From Bacteroidota bacterium (GTDB lineage: Bacteria; Bacteroidota; Ignavibacteria; Kapaibacteriales; UBA2268): a stretch of 64,000 nucleotides of DNA. The stretch's first letter is position 1. Every line of letters starts with the position of its first letter. The stretch covers positions 4,191 through 68,190 of the forward strand of contig JAJRTW010000155.1 in NCBI GenBank assembly GCA_024278075.1. Direction: 5' to 3'. The translations under genes and the position numbers were made by a program. The notes beneath the pieces are model-generated. The model was not told the DNA's origin and searched no databases. It saw nothing but the letters and a program-made list of their open reading frames with translations. Of the stretch, positions 8,606 to 18,895 are shown one piece after another.

Positions 8606-10297
8606 ATGAAAAAAATATTAAAATATAAACTAACTCTGCTTATTATAATATGTTCTTGCGCCAATCCGCAGCCACCGTCGGGCGGCCCGGCAGATAAAAC
8701 TCCACCGGAAATAGTGGCGTTCGAACCTGCCAGCGGAGTTCTGAACTTCAAAGGCGGTTCGATCATTATCGAATTTAGTAAATATATGAACAAAAGCAAG
8801 GTAAGGGAAAATATTTTTATCTCGCCGTCGGCCAAACTTGATTTCGATTGGAGTGGCAAAGAGCTTGGAATTGAATTTCTTGAAGAACTCAGCCCGGACA
8901 AGACTTATGCCCTGACGCTGGGCACTGGCTACTCGGATTTGAAAGGCAATAAACCCACCGAAGCCTTCACTTTGATTTTTTCGACCGGAAATGTAATTGA
9001 TTCCGGAACCATTAAAGGAAAATTATTCGACGCCACGCCTTCCGGCATATATATCTATGCCTACAAAATCGACAGCATGAACGTTGATACTTTCGACATC
9101 AGGAACAACAAACCGAATTATTGGACGCAGATTGGCACGAATGGCAATTTCCTGATTATGGCTTTGAAGGATGGCACTTATAGGTTAATAGCTATCCGCG
9201 ACCAGTTCAAGGACGAGATTTACTCCGAGGGGGCTGATGCGTTTGGCGCCCCCGTCCGGGATGTTACAGTAATAAATGGCTCCGCACCGGAAGTTAAATT
9301 AAAAATCGGACCGCCGATAGACATTATTAAGCCTCAGTTATACACTGCATATTCAACATCTGACAGGTCAATAGAAGTTTCCTTCAGCGAAGCAATCGAC
9401 CCTTCGTCATTATCGAAGAACTCATTTGTTATAAGTGATTCAGCCGGAAGCCAACTCCGCGCCATAAATTCCCTGTATCCGGATATTGAGAATAAAAGCA
9501 AAATAATAGTTTTCGCTTCCGGGCCGCTGGATACCGCTGTCAAGTGGAAGTTAACAGCCTTGGCCAATGCGGAGAACTGCCCGCGGGACACTATAGGGTT
9601 CTGCATAGACGACACTGCAAATACGGCTTATTTTTTCAGTGACACGTCTATTGATTCTACTCTTCCCTCTGTCATATCATCGCCTTTCCCGGATAGCACT
9701 TATGATTTGCCGATCAATCAACAATTCGAATTTATTTTTAATATGAGCGTAGCCGAAGAGAATTTTAAGGACAGAATCAAATTAATAAAGTCAGCAGATT
9801 CTTCAACGGCCGGCTTTGACATCAATTTTATCAGTGGCAATGATTTTGAATTAATTCCTTAGGAGTTTCTCGAGCCTGACACCTGGTACCGGGTTGAACT
9901 GCGGCTGGACTCACTTGCGGGCGGCAACGGAATGCTGGCAAAGGATTCGTTAATCAACTTGAACTTCCTGACACAGGATCAAAGAAAGTACAGTCAAATA
10001 GGCGGCACCTTGGCGGACTCATCTCTTTGCGACGGCCCTTATTATGTTATACTTAAGGCAAAAAGCGGAAATAAGGCAATCACCGCAAAAGTAGCCGACG
10101 GTGGCAGCTGGGAATTCAAAGCATTACCGGTCGGGATTTATAGTTTCGAAATATTTTGCGATTCCGATGGCAATGGCATCTATAGCTTTGGCAATGCCAG
10201 CCCTTTTGAATTCGGCGAAAGATTTTCCGCAATCGAGCAGGAAATCGAAGTAAAAGCCAGGTGGGAAGTCGAGAACATCAAATTAATCTTTAAATAA
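8606..10297 (+). pseudogene. Ig-like (SbsA-type) domain lipoprotein, interrupted by an in-frame amber codon at 9860-9862
   Basis: ORFs 8606..9862 and 9932..10297 are in the same frame, separated only by a TAG. Translation reads sensibly through it (..NDFELIP*EFLEPDTWYRVELRLD..). Lipoprotein signal 'LLIIICSCANP' and 'PADKTPPEIV' Ig-like N-domain. Confidence 0.5.
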
Positions 10298-10339
10298 TTC
10301 TAATATGAATACAGTAGTGCATCATCTCATAATAAATTA

Positions 10340-10825
10340 ATATTTAACGTTCCGTCAGTTGTTACAACTGACGAATGACGAGAGTTTCTATATTGCCAGT
10401 TGTAACAACTGGCGAAAGCAAAGGTGTAACAAAGCTGGTGGCTTTGATACAAGGGTTAACATTGCAATTGTTTCTGAGATGCCGTATTAGTGTCCGGTTA
10501 AAATGCAGCCAATTTGTGATAATCGAAGTAATAAGCTCCTTTTTGGCCTATATTGTGCTATAGTGGATACAATTTTGAAATTAGCAAAAATAATATCTAA
10601 ACGTGTCATTCCGGACTTATTGAGCCCAGCGAATTCCCGTATTGGGAAGTAATCCCGCTATCGGGAACCCGGAATCCATCTCAATATGGCCACATAGCCC
10701 GCACATACTGGATTCTTCACTACGCCACAAGTGGCTTGCCATAGATGGCTTTGTTCAGAATGACAAGTCATAATATTCAGGTACATATTCTGAGTGTTTC
10801 TCTTTTTTTACCGGACACTACTAAT
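10340..10825. repeat. Composite intergenic repeat element copy E2 (contains inverted copy of the E1 185-bp module)
   Basis: Hairpins 'cagttgttacaactgacg' (10356) and 'ccagttgtaacaactggcg' (10398). A B-start fragment 'tattagtgtccggttaaaatg' is at 10486. The reverse complement of the E1 module spans 10611-10822. Flanked by the 12-bp direct repeat 'ctaatatgaata' at 10301 and 10821. Confidence 0.65.
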
Positions 10826-11695
10826 ATGAATAATATAAATCCGAATACACCCAAATCGAACAAAGATATTATCCTTGAAATTATTGCAACGGGAATTTCA
10901 AGATACTCGGCCAATCTTGAGCTGTGCAAAAAAGCGTTCTCCGAAGAATCCGTGCATGGCCTAAGGGTATCCATCCGGAGGCTAATAACCATTGTTCGTG
11001 TGATAAATAAAATAATCCCGAATGAAAATGTACCATCATTGCTTTCATCTTTTAAATCGCACCTAAAATTGTTCAATCCCCTGCGCGATACGCAAGTGAT
11101 GATGCTAAAGATAGAGGAAATGGCCCAAAGGCATCCGGCACTTGAAGTTTTCGGCTCCGAACTAAAAGAACGCGAAAAAAATTATATATTAGCTCTGAAA
11201 AAGGGAATTCAGCATTTGTCATTTTCCCGGATTCAGCCTGCTCTCGACGAAATGAATGAATCCTTAGGTGCGTCGGTTGTTTCCGGCAGCATTATTTTCG
11301 CCCATATAATTAATTCAATGAATTCGTCTTTCACAAAAGTTATTGAGCTTAATAATATTGCCACAAGCGATAACATGGAATCTTTGCATAAAGTCAGGCT
11401 TGCGTTCAAGAAGTTCCGCTACCGAGCCGAAGCTTTCACAAATATTATCAACTATCCGGAATGCAGGCGAAAGCAGCTTGGGAAATTCCAGGATACACTC
11501 GGGGCAATTCAGGATAATTCCGTACTGATGAAGAATATCGAAGAATTTTCCATTAACAATAATTTGGAAAAGGACTTCTTGCCGGCAATAATTGAATTAC
11601 GTGAGGAAGGGGTACTTTTGGTTAATAATTATTTCAGTAATTCGGATTTTATATTTAATTTTTGGTCATTGCCGCAACCGCCGGCGCTATCTTGA
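10826..11695 (+). CDS. CHAD domain-containing protein
   Basis: Motif 'VHGLRVSIRRLITIVRV' is typical of CHAD. The start was moved to the internal ATG (MNNINP...) because the longer ORF start lies inside the repeat element. Confidence 0.55.
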   Translation: MNNINPNTPKSNKDIILEIIATGISRYSANLELCKKAFSEESVHGLRVSIRRLITIVRVINKIIPNENVPSLLSSFKSHLKLFNPLRDTQVMMLKIEEMAQRHPALEVFGSELKEREKNYILALKKGIQHLSFSRIQPALDEMNESLGASVVSGSIIFAHIINSMNSSFTKVIELNNIATSDNMESLHKVRLAFKKFRYRAEAFTNIINYPECRRKQLGKFQDTLGAIQDNSVLMKNIEEFSINNNLEKDFLPAIIELREEGVLLVNNYFSNSDFIFNFWSLPQPPALS

Positions 11696-11879
11696 GTAAA
11701 ATGACTCTTCGGGTTGTGCAGTGATTACAGAGAATACCCAAAAATTCCTAAGCATCACCTACAGAGCCTTTTGCACACCATTGCCTGTTATTAAGAAATA
11801 ATTTGGTGTTTGGCGTGGCCATTTTGTAATTTTGGAAGATGCTATATCCGAGGAATTGAAAAGTAACAAATATATTCTA

Positions 11880-13856
11880 ATGCAATTTCATATAAATATA
11901 TTATCACTAATCCTGATTCTGTTTTTGATGCTAATATGTAATTCAGTTTCGAAGCCTATGCCGGGGAAACTAACGGAGCCGCAAAATGCTTCAATGCTGA
12001 ATTCGGAGGAAAATGATTTTGCTCCGTCATGGAATAAGTACCGGGGGGAGTTATTTTTTAGTTCCGGCCGCCGCGGCAAATCACTGATATTCACTTCAAC
12101 TCTCATCGGGGAATCAGGCAATAATGAATCCGGATTCACCCAACCTGCTTTAGTAAAAGGCAGCCTGAATGACCCCAAATCAAACCGGTCATATATCACT
12201 TTTGCAAGCCGCAAACTTGCATATCTAACTTCAATAAGGCAAACATCCGATTACCCGGTAGCAAATATTTACTATTCAATATTCCGCAAACAGGTGTGGA
12301 ATTCACCCCTTGAATTCGAGCCGCTGCTTTCGGATGATTTCTCAGCACAACCGGCAATTTCGCCGGATGGTTTCATAATGATTTTCTCTTCGGACAGGCA
12401 GGCGGAAGAAGGCGATACCGATCTGTGGATGATTGAAAAGCAGGAGGACGGCTCGTGGAACAACCTCCGGGCTTTGGATAATATAAATTCGCCCGGCAAT
12501 GAGATTACTCCGTTCCTTGCCTCGGGCGATACCCTGTATTTTGCTTCCGACGGCCAGGGCGGCCCCGGCGGATTCGACCTGTATATTTCCGTAATGTCGG
12601 ACGGAGAGTGGCAGCGCCCCGAGCCAATGTATCAAATAAACACAGAACACAACGAATCCGATCTCACGGTTTTGCCAGGCGGTTTATTTTTGTTTGCCTC
12701 AGACAGGCCCGGAGGAAAGGGCAAACTGGACTTATACTTTACGGGTTATGATTTGGAAGCAGCCATTGACAAAGTTTTGCCGGAACTCGAAATATCGCTT
12801 AATATGCCTATTAAATCCGTGAAGGCTAAGAATTTATATTCGTACCAATTGCTCCCGGTATCTCCGTATATCTTTTATTCCCAGGGGTTTGCCAGCCCTT
12901 TTGGAATTGACGGATTGTCTTTCGGCCGATTTGTGCCCTCCGAATTGTTTAATATTGACTCCGTATATCAATACTCTCCGGTTATAATATCACAAAGACT
13001 GAAAGAATTCCCCGGCTCTGAGCTTTTAATTTATTCATGGAAAAGCCCCAATACTGAAATAAGCAAAGAACAGAATTCTCATGCCAAAGATGTGTTCGAA
13101 TTCTTTACCGGCTTGCAGGGCATTGATGAAAACCGGATAGCAATCGGCATCCAAGATTATTCCGGCCCATCTGGCAGCCATGAATATTTTGTCCACCTGA
13201 CCTCGTTCAATCCGGAAATATTTGCGCCAATTGAAATCAGGCAGGATTCGATTATCCTCAGCCCCCGCAATGCCGAAATCAATTGCGACATTCGTCCGTC
13301 CGGCATTCTTAAGAGCTGGGAGTTGTTCCTGCAATTTGGCAACGGGGAGAATGTCCTGATTGCCGAAGGCAGGCAAATTCAGAAAAGCATCAATATTGAT
13401 TTAGCGCAATATGCTTCGGAAATAGCTTATTCTGATTCTTTAATTTTTAGTTTTTATTGCAATGACAAATATGGCAGGAGTAAAATCAAAAGAATGATGA
13501 TTCCCGTTACACATTCGGGAATTAAGAGCAAAAGCTCAATTGAAATCAGTGGCAAAAGATATGAGGAGTATTTCGCATTCATCACATCACCTCTGCATAT
13601 CGAAACCGGCAGGCCCTATGATTCGTTTTTTCAATTCCTAAGGTCAGGTATGGCCGCGGGCAATAATATCATCATTCAGTATTTCGATAAATATAGTATA
13701 AATAATGCAGAAGCTTTCGCAGACAAGATTTCCAATGCAATTGATATGAGCAAAGACGATATTAGCATTATCTATCAAAAGTATTCCGCCGGCCTGCCCT
13801 TTAATAAAAAATTCAAATCAATAATACTCAGAATACTAAAAGAGAAGCCGCATTAA
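11880..13856 (+). CDS. PD40 (TolB-like beta-propeller) repeat protein with signal/lipoprotein N-terminus
   Basis: Repeated 'SP/DG..(i)xFxSDR..G..DL(Y/W)' units. The start was set at MQFHINILSLILILFLMLICNS. Confidence 0.6.
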   Translation: MQFHINILSLILILFLMLICNSVSKPMPGKLTEPQNASMLNSEENDFAPSWNKYRGELFFSSGRRGKSLIFTSTLIGESGNNESGFTQPALVKGSLNDPKSNRSYITFASRKLAYLTSIRQTSDYPVANIYYSIFRKQVWNSPLEFEPLLSDDFSAQPAISPDGFIMIFSSDRQAEEGDTDLWMIEKQEDGSWNNLRALDNINSPGNEITPFLASGDTLYFASDGQGGPGGFDLYISVMSDGEWQRPEPMYQINTEHNESDLTVLPGGLFLFASDRPGGKGKLDLYFTGYDLEAAIDKVLPELEISLNMPIKSVKAKNLYSYQLLPVSPYIFYSQGFASPFGIDGLSFGRFVPSELFNIDSVYQYSPVIISQRLKEFPGSELLIYSWKSPNTEISKEQNSHAKDVFEFFTGLQGIDENRIAIGIQDYSGPSGSHEYFVHLTSFNPEIFAPIEIRQDSIILSPRNAEINCDIRPSGILKSWELFLQFGNGENVLIAEGRQIQKSINIDLAQYASEIAYSDSLIFSFYCNDKYGRSKIKRMMIPVTHSGIKSKSSIEISGKRYEEYFAFITSPLHIETGRPYDSFFQFLRSGMAAGNNIIIQYFDKYSINNAEAFADKISNAIDMSKDDISIIYQKYSAGLPFNKKFKSIILRILKEKPH

Positions 13857-13857
13857 C

Positions 13858-13885
13858 CCGCCTATTGCGGGACTTTTACTCTTAT
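13858..13885 (+). terminator. Rho-independent terminator candidate
   Basis: Hairpin cccgc-ctatt-gcggg followed by 'acttttactctt', directly after the stop of the PD40 gene. Confidence 0.45.
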
Positions 13886-14073
13886 GCTTTGTATCTATTT
13901 GGAACCATGAGGCTTAGTCAGATATTGTATGATGATATTGGGCTCAATATTGAGAATAAAATAATATTCGTATCAATTGCTTGACATGCATCTTGGATAT
14001 TTTATGAATAATGCGGGTTAACGACTAACGCCCGGCATTTGCATCCGTCAACCTGCATCAAGCGTCTAAAGCC

Positions 14074-15165
14074 CTATTTCCGATAGTCAAGCAATGGCCA
14101 AATAACATCACCGCCTCTATTGATATAATAAACAACATCGTCCTTCCAAACGGTAGCCAAGCCATTGTCAAACCCCCTGGCAAAATCATATTTTGGCTTG
14201 ATGACTCTGTTTTCTTCTTTATTTATGAAGCCCCATTTCCCTCTGATTTTCACGCATGCAAGGCCTTCGGAAAAATTCTCAGCCGCCAGGTACGTTGGCT
14301 GAATTACCATATTTCCAGTTGTATCAATAAAGCCGTATCTACCGTTGGCCTTAACACTGGCCAAGCCTTCGGAAAATTCACTTCCATAATAATAAGACTG
14401 GATGTTAATGAAATTTCCACTCTTATTAATATATCTTATTTTACTTTTAATTACTACTCTTGCTACTCCGTTATTAAATTCGAAGGCTCTGTCGAATGCC
14501 GGATTGATGATAATTTCTTTAGCCTTATTTATATAACCCCATTTATCTCCAATCTTAACGCTTGCAAGACCTTCGGAGAAATTGGATGCATCTTCGAATT
14601 CCGGCACAATCACAAACCGGTCTGTTTTATCTATATAGCCATAGGTGCCACCCCGAAGCCGCACCAGGGCTAATCCGCCGCTGAAAGGGCCTGCATAAAC
14701 AAACCCCTTGGATATTTGAGTTCCACCATCTTTCCCAACATAATCATATTCGTAATCCCCTGTGGAATCATAGGCCACCCGGATTTTCTTTGTTGCCAGC
14801 CCTTCGTTGAAGTTGGAGATTCCCGATGATTCCGGCTCAGTTATGAAATTGCCTTTGGTGTCTATCAGAGCGAAATCATAACTGATTATGAACCATATCC
14901 AAAACCTATTGGCTATTTTGACGGTGGCGACGCCCTCGGAAAAATACGTGTTCTGTTGAAAAACAACAGCCTTGTATTTTTTCTTGCCGTCAATATAATT
15001 TATATATTTGATTTTAGTATCGAACTGAGGCTCGATTGCAACCCTGCCGTCAATGTCAATATATCCTACTTTCTCTTCTTCGTCAATAACTGGATAGAGT
15101 TGCTGTCCGCTAAGTGATGCGATATTGAAAATAATGATTAATAGAAATAGTATCTTTTTTATCAT
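14074..15165 (-). CDS. WG-repeat (KWG) containing secreted protein
   Basis: Signal peptide plus about 8 repeats of 'FSEGLA.VK..GKWGFI(D/N)'. Confidence 0.7.
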   Translation of the reverse strand: MIKKILFLLIIIFNIASLSGQQLYPVIDEEEKVGYIDIDGRVAIEPQFDTKIKYINYIDGKKKYKAVVFQQNTYFSEGVATVKIANRFWIWFIISYDFALIDTKGNFITEPESSGISNFNEGLATKKIRVAYDSTGDYEYDYVGKDGGTQISKGFVYAGPFSGGLALVRLRGGTYGYIDKTDRFVIVPEFEDASNFSEGLASVKIGDKWGYINKAKEIIINPAFDRAFEFNNGVARVVIKSKIRYINKSGNFINIQSYYYGSEFSEGLASVKANGRYGFIDTTGNMVIQPTYLAAENFSEGLACVKIRGKWGFINKEENRVIKPKYDFARGFDNGLATVWKDDVVYYINRGGDVIWPLLDYRK

Positions 15166-15198
15166 AGTGCCGTTAAGTATGTTTCCAAAATACTCGGG

Positions 15199-15807
15199 TT
15201 AATTGCCTTTGTTCTCAAAATGAACGAAATCAATAAGAAAGACTGCCCCAAGGAGCACAGCTTTAAGATTTGGGCCAACGGCTTCCTTGAATTGAATCCC
15301 AAAACTATCGGCGTCGGTAATTGCTTCTTTAACGAACCCGCCCCATTTTTTCCTCAATGTTCCGATTTCCAAGCCGCCTTTTGCTATGCTGAAAGTCCAG
15401 GGCTTCAGGGCCGGTGCGTCCAGCCGGCACATTTCATAGCCAAAATTATCAATTGCAACGTATTTTTTCCTTATCAATGCAAACTCCCACTTAACGGTTC
15501 CAAGCTTTTTATCATTGCTGTCAAACACGTAACATTCATGGAATAACCACTTGAAAGGCCGTTTGACTTTAAGGAGGATATTGCCGGATGAATCAAGGAT
15601 ATGGATTTCAAAAGAACGCATTGCTTTTAGAAACAACCTGCCCATGGCCGATCCGCCAACCTCGACGGCAAAGAATATCCTATTACCGGATTGATCGAAT
15701 ATTTCATATTTATTTTTCTGTTCGAATCCGGTCAGGATTTCGCCCCATTCCTTCACCTGGGAAATGCCAAATACCGATATACTGTCCAGAAATGTTAAAT
15801 CTGCCAT
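15199..15807 (-). CDS. Scramblase/LURP-one-related (tubby-like) family protein
   Basis: 202 aa. The pattern 'FEIHILDSSGNILLKVKRPFKWLFHECYVFD...LGTVKWEF' resembles the PLSCR/LOR fold. Weak call. Confidence 0.35.
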   Translation of the reverse strand: MADLTFLDSISVFGISQVKEWGEILTGFEQKNKYEIFDQSGNRIFFAVEVGGSAMGRLFLKAMRSFEIHILDSSGNILLKVKRPFKWLFHECYVFDSNDKKLGTVKWEFALIRKKYVAIDNFGYEMCRLDAPALKPWTFSIAKGGLEIGTLRKKWGGFVKEAITDADSFGIQFKEAVGPNLKAVLLGAVFLIDFVHFENKGN

Positions 15808-15984
15808 GTGGATATATTCACAGATTAATAAAAAAAACCTTTTTGATGATTATTCAACAATCAAATTAACAAAAAAGTTACCAAGCCGGAAATAAATCGT
15901 GCGTGCCCGAATGCGGCAGATATATGTTATGGAATAAAATAATTATAGAATAATAATATAGAATAAAATAATGGGATCTTCATT

Positions 15985-16244
15985 GCCAAGTCAGGTGTTA
16001 CACCTGACGTGCTTGAGCTGTCTTGTTTTGTCAGTTGTAACAACTGACGGTACATGGCAGGATGCAAACCTTTCAATCATTTGTAGGGGACGGTTCATAA
16101 CCGTCCCGAAATAATTGTCGTGTTGTTAGGGCAGGTTTGGAACCTGCCCCTACGATTCTTATTCTGTTATTGGCAACTTGCGATAACATAACGTAGTATT
16201 CGAGTATAAATTATGAGCCGCTCTTATTTTAACCGGACACTACT
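15985..16244. repeat. Repeat element copy E3: cluster of four perfect hairpins ending in the shared terminus 'ttttaaccggacactact'
   Basis: Hairpins tcaggtgttacacctga (15991), gtcagttgtaacaactgac (16030), gggacggttcataaccgtccc (16086) and agggcaggtttggaacctgcccct (16128). Flanked by the 18-bp perfect direct repeat 'tgttatggaataaaataa' (15915 and 16245). Confidence 0.65.
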
Positions 16245-16261
16245 GTTATGGAATAAAATAA

Positions 16262-16300
16262 AAATATAAATAAAAAATAAAAAATAAAAAATAAAAAATA
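16262..16300. repeat. Simple sequence repeat (aataaaa)n
   Basis: 'aaataaaaaataaaaaataaaaaataaaaaataaaat'. Confidence 0.8.
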
Positions 16301-16399
16301 AAATAATGGAATATTTTTGAGGAGTGCCGAATTTAACGACGGATGGAGGATGCAATCGTAAAAACAATAGTCATCGAATTATTCAGATGCTTCCTACTG

Positions 16400-17113
16400 T
16401 TAGAAATTCCTGAGCTTCCTGTAAATTTCGCCTTTATTGCTGATTTTCCTTAGGAATATCAAATTCCCAATGCCCCAGTATCTTAGAGGTTTCTTTAATT
16501 CATAATAGATGGTTCTTACAAAATTTCTGGGCGATTCGAATAGCTCGGATGTGAATTTGCTTCGATAAACAGGCCATGAGTCAATTTCATATAAAATTTT
16601 GTAGTCGTGGTTCCTGATAATATATGTAACAAGCTTATGGATTGCTTTTATATCGAGATCGTGGAATCCAATAATTCCATTTGCTTTCAATACCCTGTCT
16701 ATAAAAATAAAATCCAGCATCGACAGGCAAAACAAATGAGATGCATCGATGAATGCAAAATCCACGGGGCCGATATTTGGCAGAACGTTCTCCGGAAAGT
16801 CTTCCGAAAATTTAAACCTTCCGGCAAAACCTGCTTTTTTAACCATAGTCAATCCGCTATAGCCGTATTCTTGTTGATAAGGGTCGATTGCGTGATGGAA
16901 GCCAATTCCGTTGCCATGGATTGCCTGCAATATTGATAAAGTAGAAATTCCCTGCGCAAAACCCAGTTCGGCAGATTTCTCCGGCTTCGATCGCGGGACA
17001 ACTTCATAGAGTAATTCAGCCTCTGATTCCGAAATATTACTATCCAGTGGGAGTTGTTCGTTCTTATCATTCAGAACTTTTCTTGTCCGAAATATTTCAT
17101 CTAATATATTCAT
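16400..17113 (-). CDS. Class I SAM-dependent methyltransferase (TylF/MycF-like O-MTase family)
   Basis: 237 aa with motif 'ELGFAQGISTLSIL' and an Asp-rich region 'FAFIDASH'. Confidence 0.5.
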   Translation of the reverse strand: MNILDEIFRTRKVLNDKNEQLPLDSNISESEAELLYEVVPRSKPEKSAELGFAQGISTLSILQAIHGNGIGFHHAIDPYQQEYGYSGLTMVKKAGFAGRFKFSEDFPENVLPNIGPVDFAFIDASHLFCLSMLDFIFIDRVLKANGIIGFHDLDIKAIHKLVTYIIRNHDYKILYEIDSWPVYRSKFTSELFESPRNFVRTIYYELKKPLRYWGIGNLIFLRKISNKGEIYRKLRNF

Positions 17114-17541
17114 GTTGCGTTGTTGAAATCAGCACAGTGCGGCTACTCATTAAAAAATCTTGTCATTATATTGAACTTATTGTTAGCTCCCCCTGCGTGA
17201 ATTATATTGCTTAATGTTCTTTATGGTCGAGGCCCATTGTTTTATGGAAATCATTGTCCTTAAATGCCAGGGTGGTGAAACGATAAAATGCATAACTTGA
17301 ATTTTTAGTGCAAATATACTAAATGTAAGGCTGATAATTTCATCCCGGCCAACTTTTTGAGTAAACCCTAAATATTCAACTATAATAAAATGCGGCTTTT
17401 ATATTAATGTATTATTTTTCAGAATTCCTTAATTATGCTATATTGCAATATCAGAATAAATAAGTTGCTATAATTTTAACTTGACGTGTGGCGTTATTTT
17501 AGAAATCATTGATTTATTAAGAAACAGAACAGGAAAATATT

Positions 17542-18780
17542 ATGCATGAAAAAGTATTAGACAAATTATTGAGATATGTAAAGATTGATACCCGCTCGGA
17601 AGATGGCACCGGGAAATTCCCAAGCACCGATAAGCAATTCGACCTTGCTAATCTGTTGGTTAAGGAATTAAAGGAGCTTGGCGTAACGGATGTGGAAATC
17701 ACTGATAAATGCTATGTTTATGCCACCATTCCCGGTAATACCAACTATGAAGTCCCGGCCGTTGGCTTTGTTGCGCATGTGGATACCTCGCCGGATGTGA
17801 GCGGCGAGAACGTGAAGCCGCAAATAATCGAGAATTACCAGGGCGGTGACTTGGTGCTGCCCGGCGACGAATCGATTGTTATCACAGTGGGCGAGAATAA
17901 ATCTTTGAACAAGTGCATCGGCCATACTATTGTTACCACCGACGGGACAACTCTGCTCGGCTCGGATGATAAATCAGGCGTGGCGGCAATTATGATGCTG
18001 GTTCAGACGCTAATGAACAGCCCCGGATTTGAGCATGGCCCTATCAAAATCGGATTCACTCCCGACGAGGAGATTGGCCACGGAGCCGACCATTTCGACA
18101 TCGAACGATTTGGTGCAGAATACGCCTATACTATTGATGGCGATATGCCGGGCGAATTGAATAAAGAAACATTCAGTGCAAACAGCGCCATTATCCGCTG
18201 CTTCGGCCGCGACATCCATCCGGGAACCGCAAAGGATATTATGGTGAATTCCATGCGCGCCCTGGCCGATATTGTAACGCGTATGCCAAAGGGCATGGCG
18301 CCGGAAACCACCGATGGCTACGAGCCGTATATCCACCCTTATCAATTCAAGGGGGCAGTGGCCGAATCCGAACTCAAAATACTTCTTCGCGATTTTATGA
18401 CTTCAGGGCTGGATGTTCAAAAGAAGATGCTCGAAGATATAATCGCCGAAGTGCAGCCGGACTATCCCAAAACTAAAATCGAACTTGAAATCATCGAAAT
18501 GTATAGAAATATGCACGACAAATTAGAGGAGCAGCCGCATGGCCTGAATCATCTGTGGGAAGCTGCCGAGCGCAGTGGGGTGCAGCCCTACTGGAATCCT
18601 ATCCGGGGCGGAACCGACGGGTCGAGGCTGACTGAAATGGGACTGCCGACGCCAAATATATATACCGGCGGGCAGAATTTCCACAGCCGCACGGAATGGG
18701 TGTCTATTGATGCCCTCGAGAAAACGGTTGAAACAGTTATTAACCTTGTACGGGTCTGGGCGGAGAAATCAAAGAAGTAG
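17542..18780 (+). CDS. pepT: Peptidase T (tripeptide aminopeptidase, M20B)
   Basis: 412 aa; N-terminal 'MHEKVLDKLLRYVKIDTRSEDG' and 'HVDTSPD' are typical of PepT. Confidence 0.85.
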   Translation: MHEKVLDKLLRYVKIDTRSEDGTGKFPSTDKQFDLANLLVKELKELGVTDVEITDKCYVYATIPGNTNYEVPAVGFVAHVDTSPDVSGENVKPQIIENYQGGDLVLPGDESIVITVGENKSLNKCIGHTIVTTDGTTLLGSDDKSGVAAIMMLVQTLMNSPGFEHGPIKIGFTPDEEIGHGADHFDIERFGAEYAYTIDGDMPGELNKETFSANSAIIRCFGRDIHPGTAKDIMVNSMRALADIVTRMPKGMAPETTDGYEPYIHPYQFKGAVAESELKILLRDFMTSGLDVQKKMLEDIIAEVQPDYPKTKIELEIIEMYRNMHDKLEEQPHGLNHLWEAAERSGVQPYWNPIRGGTDGSRLTEMGLPTPNIYTGGQNFHSRTEWVSIDALEKTVETVINLVRVWAEKSKK

Positions 18781-18895
18781 GCAATTAGGAAGGCTCTTAT
18801 TCATATTGTCCGCAACCTGAAGCAATGTATTGCAAGCACGTGGCGATTGAATAGAATATATTTCTATATAAATTACAAACAAATCGGAGTAGCTA

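Noticed and set aside
10745-10825. Longer N-terminal extension of the CHAD gene (MALFRMTSHNIQVHILSVSLFLPDTTN)
   Set aside because: The extension lies entirely within repeat element E2. The internal ATG (MNNINP) follows the element and is the more plausible start.
11832-11879. Upstream start MEDAISEELKSNKYIL for the PD40 protein
   Set aside because: The downstream Met begins a canonical signal/lipoprotein peptide (MQFHINILSLILILFLMLICNS). The extension is hydrophilic and unsupported.
16262-16300. Possible CRISPR-like repeat
   Set aside because: It is only a 7-bp (aataaaa)n microsatellite with no spacers. There is no CRISPR array anywhere in the window.
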